64,000 nt of DNA from an uncultured Gemmatimonadales bacterium (GTDB taxonomy: Bacteria > Gemmatimonadota > Gemmatimonadetes > Gemmatimonadales > GWC2-71-9), in assembly GCA_963798915.1 (NCBI GenBank), contig CAWCVB010000001.1:64001-128000 (forward strand). The letters run 5' to 3'. Within the stretch, counting starts at the first letter, position 1; every line of letters begins with the position of its first letter. Below the pieces are notes generated by a model that did not search any database, was not told where the DNA came from, and was given only the letters and a program-made list of their open reading frames with translations. Positions 51,499 to 61,657 of this stretch are shown here, piece after piece. The translations under genes and the position numbers were made by a program.

Positions 51499-53337
51499 TC
51501 ACCTGTCCGCCCGTCCGCCCGTCCGTCTGTCCGTCTCCCACACCTCCACCCCGCCCCCGCTCCCCCCTAAGAGGAGTTCCGGCGTCCCGTCGCCGTCCAT
51601 GTCGGCCACCGCGGGAATGGCGTTGAACGAACCTTGCAGCACAAACGACTGGTCGAGCCGGAAATCCGGCGCGGTGCGGGTGCCGCCATTGCGATAAAGC
51701 TTCACGTCTCCATTCTCGTTGGCAACCAGCAGGTCCAGGTCACCATCGCCATCGATATCCAGCAGCGCCGGCGCGCTGCGCCGCCCACCCGATACACCGG
51801 CATACTCATCCGACACCAGCGCAAATCTGGGATGCTGCCGAGTGCCGTCGTTCCGGTAGAAGTTGATGCTGCCGGACCCCTCGCCCACGAAGAGATCGAG
51901 GTCGCCGTCGCCATCGACATCCGCCAGCGCCGGCGTGGCGTTGCTGCCGCGAGTGAGCGTGACCACGGCGCTGTCCGCCAGCTCGAAGCGCGACGCGCCA
52001 GCGGCTCCCGTGTTCCGGTACCAGGCCAGAACGTTACGCCAGGTGCCCAGCATCATGTCGGGCCGCCCGTCGCCATCGAGGTCACCCAGCGCCGGCGCGT
52101 AGTTGAAGGTGCCACGGATGGCGAGCGGACCGGCATCGTACCAGTCGGGATGGGTGGCGCTGCCCCGGTTCTCGAAATATTCCAGCGCGCCGGTCCGCGG
52201 ATCATGCTGCGAGAGGCGATTCCCCAGAATCAGGTCGAGGTCGCCGTCCCCATCCACGTCCGCCACTGCCGGCGCGCTCTCCGCACCGATGTCCAGCGAC
52301 GAGAGATAGGTGGTGCTCCGCAGCGCGAAGGCCATGGGCGCCGTCTGCTCGAGATAATACAAGTTGCCGATTGACGTGGTATTGGCGTTGAAGGCGCCGC
52401 CCAGGACGCCCATCAGCACATCCAGATCGCCATCGCCATCGAGATCGCCCACCACCGGCGCGTTGTAGCCGCTGGTGCGGAGCGGTGCGCCCGGCGGGAA
52501 TGACACCGAGTCCTGTCCGATGAGGGGCGACGGGCAGGTGCCGGTGTTCTTGAGCCAGAGCAGCCCCGGCTCGAAGTAGTCGCCCCAGAGGATGTCAGGA
52601 TCGCCATCCCGATCAATGTCGGTGACGATCATGGTGTTGGCGCCATGCATCGAGGGCGCCGGCCCCACGTTGCCGATGATCTGGATGTGCTGGAAGGTGT
52701 CGCTCACGAAGTGAAAGACCGGAATGCCACGCTCGTTGAGCGACGCTGCCCGGTAGTGGGTGACCATCCCGCTGGTCCGACCCATCAGCAGGTCGAGCTT
52801 GCCGTCGCAGTCGATGTCCACCAGCTGGGGAATGTTCTGCCGATCGTTGAAGATGGCTCCGCCCTGGTCGTCCCGCAGAGTGTCAGCGGCAAGGACGTAC
52901 CGCGCCGCCTTGGCCGTCCCGTCGTTCCGGTAGTAGCGGATGTAGCTGAACGGCGTCTCCGCCACCAGGTCGGCGTCGCCATCGCCATCCACATCCACGA
53001 ACCGGCTCCACTCCCCGATGTCGAGATCCTGGTAGCGGTCACTGCGCCAGGCGAACGCCGGCGTCCTGGCGCTGCCAGTGTTCTCGAAGAACATCTGGCG
53101 ACCGGTGTATTCCTGGAGGAAGAGATCCAGGTCGCCATCGTCATCGATGTCCACCAGCTGGGGCCGGGGATTATTGAGACCGCCGAGAAAGGGGAACTGG
53201 TATGGATGGCCGGCGGTGTCATGAACGGGAAAGGCGTCCACCACCCGCGTGAAGACCGCGTCCCGGCGACTTGGCATCGCGGCGGCAAGGAGAATCCCTG
53301 CCGCCGCGGTGAGGAAGAGTGGAAAACGCGACGTCAC
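51499..53337 (-). CDS. Secreted FG-GAP/VCBS repeat beta-propeller protein
   Basis: Signal peptide; more than 10 DxDGDGDxDL repeats. Confidence 0.9.
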   Translation of the reverse strand: MTSRFPLFLTAAAGILLAAAMPSRRDAVFTRVVDAFPVHDTAGHPYQFPFLGGLNNPRPQLVDIDDDGDLDLFLQEYTGRQMFFENTGSARTPAFAWRSDRYQDLDIGEWSRFVDVDGDGDADLVAETPFSYIRYYRNDGTAKAARYVLAADTLRDDQGGAIFNDRQNIPQLVDIDCDGKLDLLMGRTSGMVTHYRAASLNERGIPVFHFVSDTFQHIQIIGNVGPAPSMHGANTMIVTDIDRDGDPDILWGDYFEPGLLWLKNTGTCPSPLIGQDSVSFPPGAPLRTSGYNAPVVGDLDGDGDLDVLMGVLGGAFNANTTSIGNLYYLEQTAPMAFALRSTTYLSSLDIGAESAPAVADVDGDGDLDLILGNRLSQHDPRTGALEYFENRGSATHPDWYDAGPLAIRGTFNYAPALGDLDGDGRPDMMLGTWRNVLAWYRNTGAAGASRFELADSAVVTLTRGSNATPALADVDGDGDLDLFVGEGSGSINFYRNDGTRQHPRFALVSDEYAGVSGGRRSAPALLDIDGDGDLDLLVANENGDVKLYRNGGTRTAPDFRLDQSFVLQGSFNAIPAVADMDGDGTPELLLGGSGGGVEVWETDRRTGGRADR

Positions 53338-54428
53338 TGGGCGTTCAACACAGCCATGCCCACGGGATCGACGTCGGTCTCGATCACCTTGACGATCTTG
53401 CGGGTCTTGCGCTCAATCACCACGACCGTGCCCGTCCCGCCCGTCCCGCCCGTCCTGCCCGTCCTGGGAACGTAGACGCCCTGCAGATTGTGGTTCGAGA
53501 CAAAGACATACTTCTGGTCCGGGCTGATCGCGATGCCATGCGGCTCGGCCAGTCCGTTGCCCTTGATGACATCGGCCACCTTCCAGGTCCTGGTATCCAC
53601 GACGGTCACCGAATTGTCCTTCTGGTTGGGGAACCAGAGCTCGCTGCCATCGCGGGTCCACGCCTCATGCCAGGGCTGGCTGGGCACGCTCAGCGTCCTG
53701 GCCAGCGACAACTTGCCGGGCGTGGTCGCATCATAGACCTGCAACTGGCTGGTCATCTGCGTGGTGGCGGTGACCCACTTGCCATCGGGCGAGCTGGAGA
53801 GCGCCACGTACATGTGGCCCATGTCTCCCGGCACCTGGGTCAGGCTCACCTCGCCGGTTGCGCCATTCACGGTGGCAATCTCGTTGTCCACCATCCCGCC
53901 CACGTAGGCAAAATGCCCCCGCGGATCCGCGGTGACGCCGTGCGGACGTCCCAGCACCACGTCCACCACCTCGGCGGGACCCATGCTGCTGCGATGGATG
54001 ATGCCGATACTGGACGGCGCATTCACCGCCGACATCGATCGGGTAGCGTAGAGCAGGTCGCTGGTCGGGTCCACCGTGAGCAGACCCGGGGTCACCATGG
54101 CTGCCTTCCCCACCACCCGGTTGTTGCGATCGAACTTGACCACGTAGCCGTCGCCCACCAGCGACACGTACCAGGCCGAGCCATCCGGCTCGGCGGTGAT
54201 GTGGTGGGGCTTGGCCTTGGCGGTAAAGCCCAGCTGCTGAAGGTCGAGCGTCTCCACCAGCTCCTGACTCCGGACATCGATGACGGAGATGGTGGCGGCG
54301 CTCTGGTTGGCCACGTAGAGACGCGCCCCGTCGGAGGCGGGCGCCGGTGGCGCCCCTCCCGGCGCTCCCCCCGAACAGGCGAGGAGCACCGGCAGGAGTC
54401 CGGCAACCAGCATGACGCGTGGGTTCAT
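53334..54428 (-). CDS. YncE/YVTN-type beta-propeller lipoprotein
   Basis: LLAC lipobox; LYVANQ...ISVID, PHGIAISPD repeats. Confidence 0.85.
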   Translation of the reverse strand: MNPRVMLVAGLLPVLLACSGGAPGGAPPAPASDGARLYVANQSAATISVIDVRSQELVETLDLQQLGFTAKAKPHHITAEPDGSAWYVSLVGDGYVVKFDRNNRVVGKAAMVTPGLLTVDPTSDLLYATRSMSAVNAPSSIGIIHRSSMGPAEVVDVVLGRPHGVTADPRGHFAYVGGMVDNEIATVNGATGEVSLTQVPGDMGHMYVALSSSPDGKWVTATTQMTSQLQVYDATTPGKLSLARTLSVPSQPWHEAWTRDGSELWFPNQKDNSVTVVDTRTWKVADVIKGNGLAEPHGIAISPDQKYVFVSNHNLQGVYVPRTGRTGGTGGTGTVVVIERKTRKIVKVIETDVDPVGMAVLNAQ

Positions 54429-56779
54429 GGCACCGGCTGCGAGTTGTGCTGCCGAACGATGAACAGCCCTTCCTCGCCGCTGGTCATGAGGACATTACCG
54501 CTCTTGAAGAATGGGAAATTGCTCCAGCTCCCGCCGAAGCCGGGGGCGTCCGGCCCCACCGGGACGGTGTCGAAGAACGCGATCTGCTTGGGATTGAGCC
54601 GGTCGCTGATGTCCAGCACCCGGAGCCCGCTCACGTAATTCGACTGGAAGACGGTATTCCCCACGATATAGAGATTGTGGTCGCTGGCCTTGTTCTTGGA
54701 AATGTAGGTGCCGGCGAGCACCGGATCATCCAGCTTGCTGACGTCCCAGATGAGCGTGCGCGTGCCGTCCACCAGGCCCTGCAGCTCATCGAGTTCGTCA
54801 TCCATGTAGAAGTACTTCTGGTCCGGCGTCAACCAGCCCTGGTGGGCGTAGCCCACGTTGGGATAGGCCTGGCGCGAGAGCGCCACCGGCTTGGACTTGT
54901 CGCTGACGTCGGCGATGCTGAGCGCCGTCTCGGCCGCGTTGAAGCAGATCTGGTGCCCGTCATACTTCTTGTCGGGACCATGGTACACGGTACACTGCGC
55001 GTCATGGATGTAGCCGGTGCCCGCGCGCCCCGTGGCGGGATCGGCAAAGCAGCCGGCAAACTTGGGCACGTCCGGATTGCGGATATCAATCATGTACAGC
55101 CCGCCGCCACAGGACTCGCCGCCGCCGTTGCTGCCCACCGCGTAGGCATAGCCCGATACGGTGTCGATCACGATATTATGGACGCTGAAGAGGTCCATGT
55201 AGGTGGTGTCGGCGGTGAAGGTCTCCGGCGCCTTGGCCGTGCGGAGCCGGGTCAGGTCGAAGACCTGCATGCCGTGGTGGCCCGAGCCGTCCGAGACGAT
55301 ATAGGCGTGGTTCTTGTACGTCTTGATGTCGCGCCAGGGTGCTGCGCTGGCGCCTTCAGTCATCGGCAGGCTGCCGACCAGACGGGGATTGAGCGGATCG
55401 GTCACGTCCACGAATGCGGTGCCGTCGGTCCGGCCCACCAGCGCATACTCGCGACCGGAGCCGGGATCGGTCCAGCCCCACATGTCGTTGAGGTTGACGC
55501 CACGCTTGCCGCCCAGTTCACGGACCGGAACGAACGCCATCAGGTCCATGCTCTCGCAGTCGAAGAGACCGATCTTGTTCTTGCAGTCGCGCTTCTTCCC
55601 GGTCATGGCGTCAAGCCCGAAGACCTGGCCGGTGAGCATGTTCCCGACCTTCCAGTCGTTGCCGGTCCGGTTCAACACCGCGATGCGCCCTTCGCCCCCA
55701 TCAGCGAAAGGCATGGTAGCGACGCCCGTGTTGCCGGCCAGTACCATGCCCGCGCCGAAGAAGGTGCGGCTTTCCGCCGAATCGGGCTCCAGCTTGGACG
55801 CCGACGTAACGTTGTTGTCCTTATCGTACGCCATGCGGTAGATGCTGCCGGCCCCACGGTTCACGCCCGGCGCGCTCACCCATGCCTCATTACCGACAAA
55901 AGCGATGGACGTGCCGAAACGGCCGGCTGATGGACCGTCGAACGCCTGCAGCCGGTCCCGGCTGAACCAGCGCTTCCGGGCAGTGTCGTGGGTGAAGATG
56001 GCCACCGCGCCGGCAAAGCCATAGGCCTGCGGCATGCCGACGAACACACGGCCGTCCTTGATGGCGACGGCCGTGCCCATCGCGGCAGGCCGTTCGAGAT
56101 TGGGAACCGATAGCCGGGCCTCCTGGCTCCAGCCGCCGCCACTCTTGCGGAAGACGTACGCGGTGCCGATGCCCGAGTCCGCACCGGTGGCGCCGATAAC
56201 CATGAGATCGCCGTCCATGGCGATGCTGGTGCCGAATCGCGAGCGAGGCGCCAGGTCACTGGGCTGGACGATCGTGTCACGGACCCAGCCGGTGCCGGCC
56301 CGCTTGAACAGGTACACCGCACCCTTCTGTCCGCCGACGCCAGTGGCGCCGATAGCCGCCATGTTGCCGTTCACCAGAATGGCCGAGCCCAGACCGGCTG
56401 AGTCTTCCGCCACGGTGAGCTTGGTGCCCGGCTTCCAGCTGGTGCCGGACCCGGAGAAGGTGTAGACCGTGCCGCCACCATTGTTGCTGTTGGTGCTGCT
56501 GACGAACAGGGTGCTGCCTTCGAGCGCTATCGCCGTGCCGAAGCCGTCATTCCGGGCCGAATCCGGGGCGGCCAGCCGCCCCGCCTGGGTCCATGGCCCC
56601 TGCCCCGCGGTCCGGTAGATGTACACCATCCCGGGCGCGTATTGATTGCGCGACTGGCCCACGAAGGCGACTCCGTCGCCCATGGCCACGGACGACCCGA
56701 ACCCCTGGGCGGCCAGCGGTGCGGTCCCCAGCGCGGCCAGCGCCGCGACCAGGAAACCAGTACGACCATGCATGATCAT
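54425..56779 (-). CDS. Choice-of-anchor B family protein (FG-GAP N-terminus, LVIVD-like C-terminus)
   Basis: FGSSVA/FGTSIA repeats; NDMWGWTDP, WRDIKTY, HNIVI, HDAQC, HQGW, DELDE, DHN, WSNFPFF. Confidence 0.85.
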   Translation of the reverse strand: MIMHGRTGFLVAALAALGTAPLAAQGFGSSVAMGDGVAFVGQSRNQYAPGMVYIYRTAGQGPWTQAGRLAAPDSARNDGFGTAIALEGSTLFVSSTNSNNGGGTVYTFSGSGTSWKPGTKLTVAEDSAGLGSAILVNGNMAAIGATGVGGQKGAVYLFKRAGTGWVRDTIVQPSDLAPRSRFGTSIAMDGDLMVIGATGADSGIGTAYVFRKSGGGWSQEARLSVPNLERPAAMGTAVAIKDGRVFVGMPQAYGFAGAVAIFTHDTARKRWFSRDRLQAFDGPSAGRFGTSIAFVGNEAWVSAPGVNRGAGSIYRMAYDKDNNVTSASKLEPDSAESRTFFGAGMVLAGNTGVATMPFADGGEGRIAVLNRTGNDWKVGNMLTGQVFGLDAMTGKKRDCKNKIGLFDCESMDLMAFVPVRELGGKRGVNLNDMWGWTDPGSGREYALVGRTDGTAFVDVTDPLNPRLVGSLPMTEGASAAPWRDIKTYKNHAYIVSDGSGHHGMQVFDLTRLRTAKAPETFTADTTYMDLFSVHNIVIDTVSGYAYAVGSNGGGESCGGGLYMIDIRNPDVPKFAGCFADPATGRAGTGYIHDAQCTVYHGPDKKYDGHQICFNAAETALSIADVSDKSKPVALSRQAYPNVGYAHQGWLTPDQKYFYMDDELDELQGLVDGTRTLIWDVSKLDDPVLAGTYISKNKASDHNLYIVGNTVFQSNYVSGLRVLDISDRLNPKQIAFFDTVPVGPDAPGFGGSWSNFPFFKSGNVLMTSGEEGLFIVRQHNSQPVP

Positions 56780-56842
56780 CGCGAACAACTCCTGAGGGTG
56801 AGGTGTGTAGTAGCGACGTAGATTGCCCGGACCGGGTTTCAG

Positions 56843-58080
56843 TCAGGGCCGCCACTTGCCACGGGCGACGGCTGGGACGTAGCGGTCCAGGCCCCGCGGG
56901 GGAAACGACAGGGTGGTACCCTTTTCGGCGCTCATGTAGGCAGCCATGAGTATACGCACAACGTCCAGCCCGTCGTTGAAGGTGAGCCGGGGTTCCTCCT
57001 TGCCCAGGAAGGCCCGGACAAAGTGGCGGTTCTCAGCCTCATATCCGTAGGCCACCGCCTCATCCGCCACGACCGGCATGAGCCCGGTCTCGGCGTTCTG
57101 CTTCTCGACCAGGTCCTCGCCCGCCTTGCCGCGCACTTCCCGGCTGAAAAAGAGCTTGAGTCCGGTGTCCAAGGTGTTCCAGGCCATGGAATACTCCGGT
57201 CCCAGCAGCTCGGCCGAGAGCCGGAGGCCGGCGCCGACATAGCTCCAGGAGGTGGTGGCCTCCCCCAGCACGGTCTGGCCGTCGGCGGTCTCGAATTCAA
57301 TGGAGACGCTGGCAAAGTCCTCCGACGGCCGCCGCCGGTAGTCCACCGCCTTGCCCATGGTCTTGCGGAGCCGCCGGGCATAGGCGGGCTGGGACCACTT
57401 GAGACTGGCAATCCGGGCCGACAGGCTACCGGCCGGACAGTGTCGTAGGACTCGCCGGGCCGGGTGAGGAGGTGGCGGACCACCAGCGCCGAATGGCACA
57501 TCATGTCGTTCAGGACGCCGCCACCCTGCAGTTTCCCCTGCCAGAACCAGGGCATGTGCGGTCCGCTGTGCTCCTCAGCTGCGCGGGCCAGGTAGGGCCG
57601 CCCGGTGAGCCGGGCGCCTCTCGACCAGAGCAGGTTGCGGCCGTGCTCCACCTCGGGCGCAAACAGCTGATTCTCGAGATATCCGGTCCGGAGCCCCGCC
57701 TTCTTTGCCAGTTCGGTGACCTCGAGTGCCTCGGCCACATTGCGCGCCAGCGGCTTCTCGCAGGCAAGCCCGGCGAGTTCGCCCCGGCCCCGCGCAATGG
57801 TGTCCACGATCTCTTCCACGTTTTCGATGCGGGCCTGATTGGGCCCGCAGAGCCAGATCGCATCGATGGCCGGGTCGGCCACCATCTCGGCGATGGACCG
57901 ATACGGCTTGGCCCGGCCGACATCGAGCTTCCGGGCATAGCGCGCGGTGGCCGCCGCATGGTCCTGATTGGGACTCCACACACCCAGGACGTCGCTATCG
58001 CGCACGCCGGTCCAGGAACGGATGTGAAACTGGGCATTGAAGCCGCTGCCGATGAAGCCGATGCCGAGGGGAGGGGTCAT
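56843..58080 (-). pseudogene. Gfo/Idh/MocA oxidoreductase with a single frameshift near 57425
   Basis: The N-part (GSGFNA, CEKPLARN, GGGVLNDMMCH) and C-part (IASLKW...YGYEAENRHF) are in different frames and can be joined by one added base. May be a sequencing error. Confidence 0.7.
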
Positions 58081-58102
58081 GGTGAGTGGGTGAAATGGTT
58101 TA

Positions 58103-58384
58103 TGGTCGTCGGTCGTCGGTCGTCGGTCACGGGTCGCGGGTCGCGGGTCGCGGGCCGCGGGTCGCGGGTTACGGGTCGCGGGTCGCGGGTCGTGGGTTGC
58201 GGGTCGAGGGTCGCGGGTCGAGGGTCGGGGTCGCGGGTCGCGGGTCGTGAGACGTGTCATCCTGAGGTCGCGCAGCGGCCGAAGGATCTACTTGCCCGCT
58301 CCGAGAACGGGGCCAGAAGATTCCTCGCTACGCTCGGAATGACACATCTCTCACACGACCCACGACCCACGACCCGCGACCCCT
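58103..58384. repeat. Long (GGGTCGC)n run + 90-bp GTCAT-type element (58255-58344) + inverted (CACGACC)n run
   Basis: About 20 heptamers on the left; tgtcatcctgaggtcgcgcagcggccgaaggatct...gattcctcgctacgctcggaatgaca; 4 inverted heptamers on the right. Confidence 0.9.
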
Positions 58385-58976
58385 ACCCATACTCCACCCC
58401 CAGCTTGTCCAGCTGCGGCTTGGGGCAACCGTCCCATCCCTGCATATAGGCATTGCCCTTGTAGCCCAGGTCCTCGATCCCCATGCGGCTGGACCAGAAC
58501 CCGCTCGCCGTGAGATTCCGGAAGTTGGAAAAGAAGCTGGCGGGCTCCTTCAGCATCTCGTTGCCCTTGACCTTGTCGGGCCAGGCAATCTCGTTGATGA
58601 GCGCGAGTTGCTGTTCGCCAGTGGCCGAGGGAAAGGCGGACTGGAAGCGGGCACGTGATTCACGATTGAGCCAGGCCAGGCCCAGCCGCATCTTCTGCTG
58701 GCTGCCGGAATTTTCCTGCATCATGAAATCCATGAACTGCGGCACGCCGGCGTCGGTGGCGCTGCCGGAGCGGTCGTCCTTGGGAATGATGATGTCCACC
58801 AGGACGTTGACCGTCTTCCATTCTTCAGGCGTAAAGAAGCCGGGCGTATAGTTGCCGGTGGAGGCGGCGACGTGGTTGGCGGCGCGCTGGACGTCGTCGG
58901 CCTTGCAGCCGAAGGCCGTGGCCGTGGTGGCTAGGCCCAGGAGTCCCACCATTTCGCGGCGGCTGAGGCTGCTCAC
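58383..58976 (-). CDS. Gluconate 2-dehydrogenase subunit 3 family protein (Tat)
   Basis: SRREMV; DIIIPKD.RSGSATDAGVPQFMD, TASGFWSS..G..DLGY.GN. Confidence 0.88.
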   Translation of the reverse strand: MSSLSRREMVGLLGLATTATAFGCKADDVQRAANHVAASTGNYTPGFFTPEEWKTVNVLVDIIIPKDDRSGSATDAGVPQFMDFMMQENSGSQQKMRLGLAWLNRESRARFQSAFPSATGEQQLALINEIAWPDKVKGNEMLKEPASFFSNFRNLTASGFWSSRMGIEDLGYKGNAYMQGWDGCPKPQLDKLGVEYG

Positions 58977-60670
58977 AAGGCACCCGCCTTCCGGAGTTCG
59001 CTGATGTGATCTGCCGTGCGCCAGGCCAGTGCGAGGATGGTCCAGGTGGGGTTCTTGTCGGCCTGGGACACGAAAGGCGCGCCGTCAGTGACAAAGAGAT
59101 TCCTCACGTCATGCGCCTGGTTCCACTCGTTCAGCACCGAGCGGGAGCGGTCCTTGCCCATGCGCGCGCCGCCCAGCTCATGGATGATGCTGCCGCCACT
59201 GGAAATACCGTAGCCCTGGGCTTCGGGGGGCATGGGTGAGAAGACCGTGCCGCCCATCGCATCCACCAGGGCCCGGAAGGTTTCCTGCATGTGCTTGACC
59301 TGCTTGTACTCGTGGTCGGTCCATTTCCAGTGGAACCGCAGCGCCGGGATGCCCCACTGATCCTTGACCTCCGGATCGATCTCGCAGAACGATCCTTCGT
59401 TGGGGATCATCTCGCCCCGGCCCGAGAAGCCGATGGTGGTGCCGTACAGCCGGCGGTAGGAATCCTTGAGCGCCTGACCATAGCCGCCGAATTCGGGGTA
59501 CTTGTCGATGCCCCACATGAAGCCATACGACGGCATGCCTCGTCCCCCCCACACCTCGATGTGATAGCCCCTTGGAAAATCGAGCTTGCGGTTGTCCAGC
59601 CACCACGGGCTGTAGACATGACCGCCGCCCACGCCATCCTCGTTGTGGGAAAGGCCGTTCATCAATTTGGGAATGAATCCGGCCACGTCCGTGCCGGTGG
59701 TGTCGGTCAGGTACTTGCCGGCCATTCCGCTGGAGTTGGCGAGGCCATTGGGGAACGTTCCGCTCCTGGAATTGAGCAGCAGGCGGGCGGTTTCGCAGGC
59801 GCTCGCTGCCAGCACTACGATGCGCGCGCCCACATGCTGGTCGGTGTTGGTGGTCTTGTCCACGTAGGCGACGCCATTGGCGAGCCCGTCGCTTCCCAGG
59901 GTAACCTCGCGCGCCATCGCGTTGGTGAGGAGCGTCAGCCGGCCGGTCTTGAGGGCCGGCGGAATCAGCACATTGGCGGACGTGAAGTTGGAGTTGGTCC
60001 GGCAACCGCGGTTGCACTGCCCGCAGTAGTGGCAGGCGGCGCGGTCGTGGATCGGTTTCGTGAGGATGGAAAGCCGAGCCGGGATGCAGGCAACATTGAG
60101 CTTGTCGGCGGCCTGCTTGACCAGCAGCTCGTAGCAGCGCGGCTTGGGCGCCGGCAGGAAGCGGCTGTCCGGCGCATTGGGAAAATTCTCGTGGCTGCCG
60201 AAGACGCCGATCAGGTCATCCACGCGGTCGTAATACGGCGCCACGTCATCGTAGGTGATGGGCCAGTCATCGCCCAGCCCATCCAGCGACTTGCGGCGGA
60301 AGTCGTCCGGGCCAAAGCGGAGCGAGATGCGGCCCCAATGATTGGTGCGGCCACCGACCATGCGGGCCCGCCACCAGTCGAACTCGGTGCCCTTGGCGCG
60401 GGTATAGGGTTCGCCCGGAATGTCCCAGCCGCCGATGCAGGCGTCGAACTCCCCGAAGGGGCGCTCCTTGGTGGATGCGCCTCGCCGGGGTGAGTCGTAG
60501 GACCATGTGAGCATCGCGGAATCGGTCATGTTGTTCCACGGACCGCCGGCCTCGAGCAGCACCACGTCGGCGCCAGCCTGGGTCAGCACGTAGGCCGCCA
60601 TGCCGCCGCCCGCGCCCGAACCGATAATGGCCACGTCGTAGACCTTCCGGGTTCCCTGGGATTGCGTCAC
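58973..60670 (-). CDS. GMC family flavoprotein oxidoreductase (glycoside 3-dehydrogenase-like large subunit)
   Basis: GSGAGG, GGRTNHWGR, CHYCGQCNRGC Fe-S motif, HELGGARMG, NPTWTI. Confidence 0.92.
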   Translation of the reverse strand: MTQSQGTRKVYDVAIIGSGAGGGMAAYVLTQAGADVVLLEAGGPWNNMTDSAMLTWSYDSPRRGASTKERPFGEFDACIGGWDIPGEPYTRAKGTEFDWWRARMVGGRTNHWGRISLRFGPDDFRRKSLDGLGDDWPITYDDVAPYYDRVDDLIGVFGSHENFPNAPDSRFLPAPKPRCYELLVKQAADKLNVACIPARLSILTKPIHDRAACHYCGQCNRGCRTNSNFTSANVLIPPALKTGRLTLLTNAMAREVTLGSDGLANGVAYVDKTTNTDQHVGARIVVLAASACETARLLLNSRSGTFPNGLANSSGMAGKYLTDTTGTDVAGFIPKLMNGLSHNEDGVGGGHVYSPWWLDNRKLDFPRGYHIEVWGGRGMPSYGFMWGIDKYPEFGGYGQALKDSYRRLYGTTIGFSGRGEMIPNEGSFCEIDPEVKDQWGIPALRFHWKWTDHEYKQVKHMQETFRALVDAMGGTVFSPMPPEAQGYGISSGGSIIHELGGARMGKDRSRSVLNEWNQAHDVRNLFVTDGAPFVSQADKNPTWTILALAWRTADHISELRKAGAL

Positions 60671-61551
60671 CCTGACTCCGCTCCTTTCGCCTGCACGTCA
60701 CACAGATGAACGGCCTGCTCCAGTGAAGTGCGCCATGGCCGCGAGGGCACAAACTCGTGCGCCAGGAAGCCGGTGAATCCGGTGTCGGCGATGGCCTGGG
60801 CGATGGCGCGGTACTGCAGCTCCTGGGTACCGTCGAGTTCGTGCCGGCCGGGCACACCGCCGGTGTGATAGTGGCCGATGTCCGTTGCGTGGGTCCGGAT
60901 GGTCCGGATCACGTCGCCTTCCATGATCTGCATATGATAAATGTCGTACAGCAGCTTGACCCGGGGGGACCCGACCGCCTGAATGACTGCCGAGCCGAAG
61001 GCTGTATGGTCGCCCTGATAGTCCTTGTGGTCAACCTTGCTGTTGAGCAGCTCGACGCAGACGGTGGTCTGATGGCGTTCCGCCAGCGGCGCGATCCGCC
61101 GGAGGCCGGCCGTGGCATTGGCCATCCCCTCGGCGTCCGATCGGCCTTGCCGGTTGCCGAACATGACGATCAGGTTGGGCACGCCCGCGGCTTTGGCCAG
61201 GGGCAGCGTCGTTTCCACCTCGTGCACAATGGTATCGTGCATGGCGGTATCGCAGAGGCCCCGGGTGAGAAAATCGTCGCGCGTGCTGCAGTAGCCCATG
61301 GAACAGGTGAGGCCGTGCCGAGCCGCCACCGGCCATTCCTCGGGCTGGAGCAGGTCGACCCCGGCGAGGCCGATGGCCCTGGCCGCCTGGCAGAACCGGT
61401 CGAGTGGCACGTCGCCGTAGGGCCAATAGCACACCGACTGGGCCAGCTTGAGGCCGAGTGACGCGCGCGGTTCATGGGTCGAGGGTCGAGGGCCCGGCGC
61501 GAGGGCGGCGACCCCGGCCGCGATGGTGCCTATGGCGGTGCGTCGGTGCAT
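60667..61551 (-). CDS. Hydroxypyruvate isomerase-like TIM-barrel protein (Tat-like leader)
   Basis: ELLNSKVDHKDY, LLYDIYHMQIMEGD, HYHTGGVPGRHE, HEF. Confidence 0.88.
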   Translation of the reverse strand: MHRRTAIGTIAAGVAALAPGPRPSTHEPRASLGLKLAQSVCYWPYGDVPLDRFCQAARAIGLAGVDLLQPEEWPVAARHGLTCSMGYCSTRDDFLTRGLCDTAMHDTIVHEVETTLPLAKAAGVPNLIVMFGNRQGRSDAEGMANATAGLRRIAPLAERHQTTVCVELLNSKVDHKDYQGDHTAFGSAVIQAVGSPRVKLLYDIYHMQIMEGDVIRTIRTHATDIGHYHTGGVPGRHELDGTQELQYRAIAQAIADTGFTGFLAHEFVPSRPWRTSLEQAVHLCDVQAKGAESG

Positions 61552-61657
61552 GGGGAGAGGGATTAGGGTTTAGGGCATAAGGTTTGGGGATTGGGGCTCG
61601 GCGCCTCGCCTTGGCGTGGACGAGCTTCATCTTCCCGCCGTCTCGCCGTCTAGCCGT

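Noticed and set aside
58081..58260. N-terminal RDPRP-repeat extension of the Gfo ORF
   Set aside because: This is translation of the intergenic heptamer run. The Rossmann motif starts right after the ATG at 58080.
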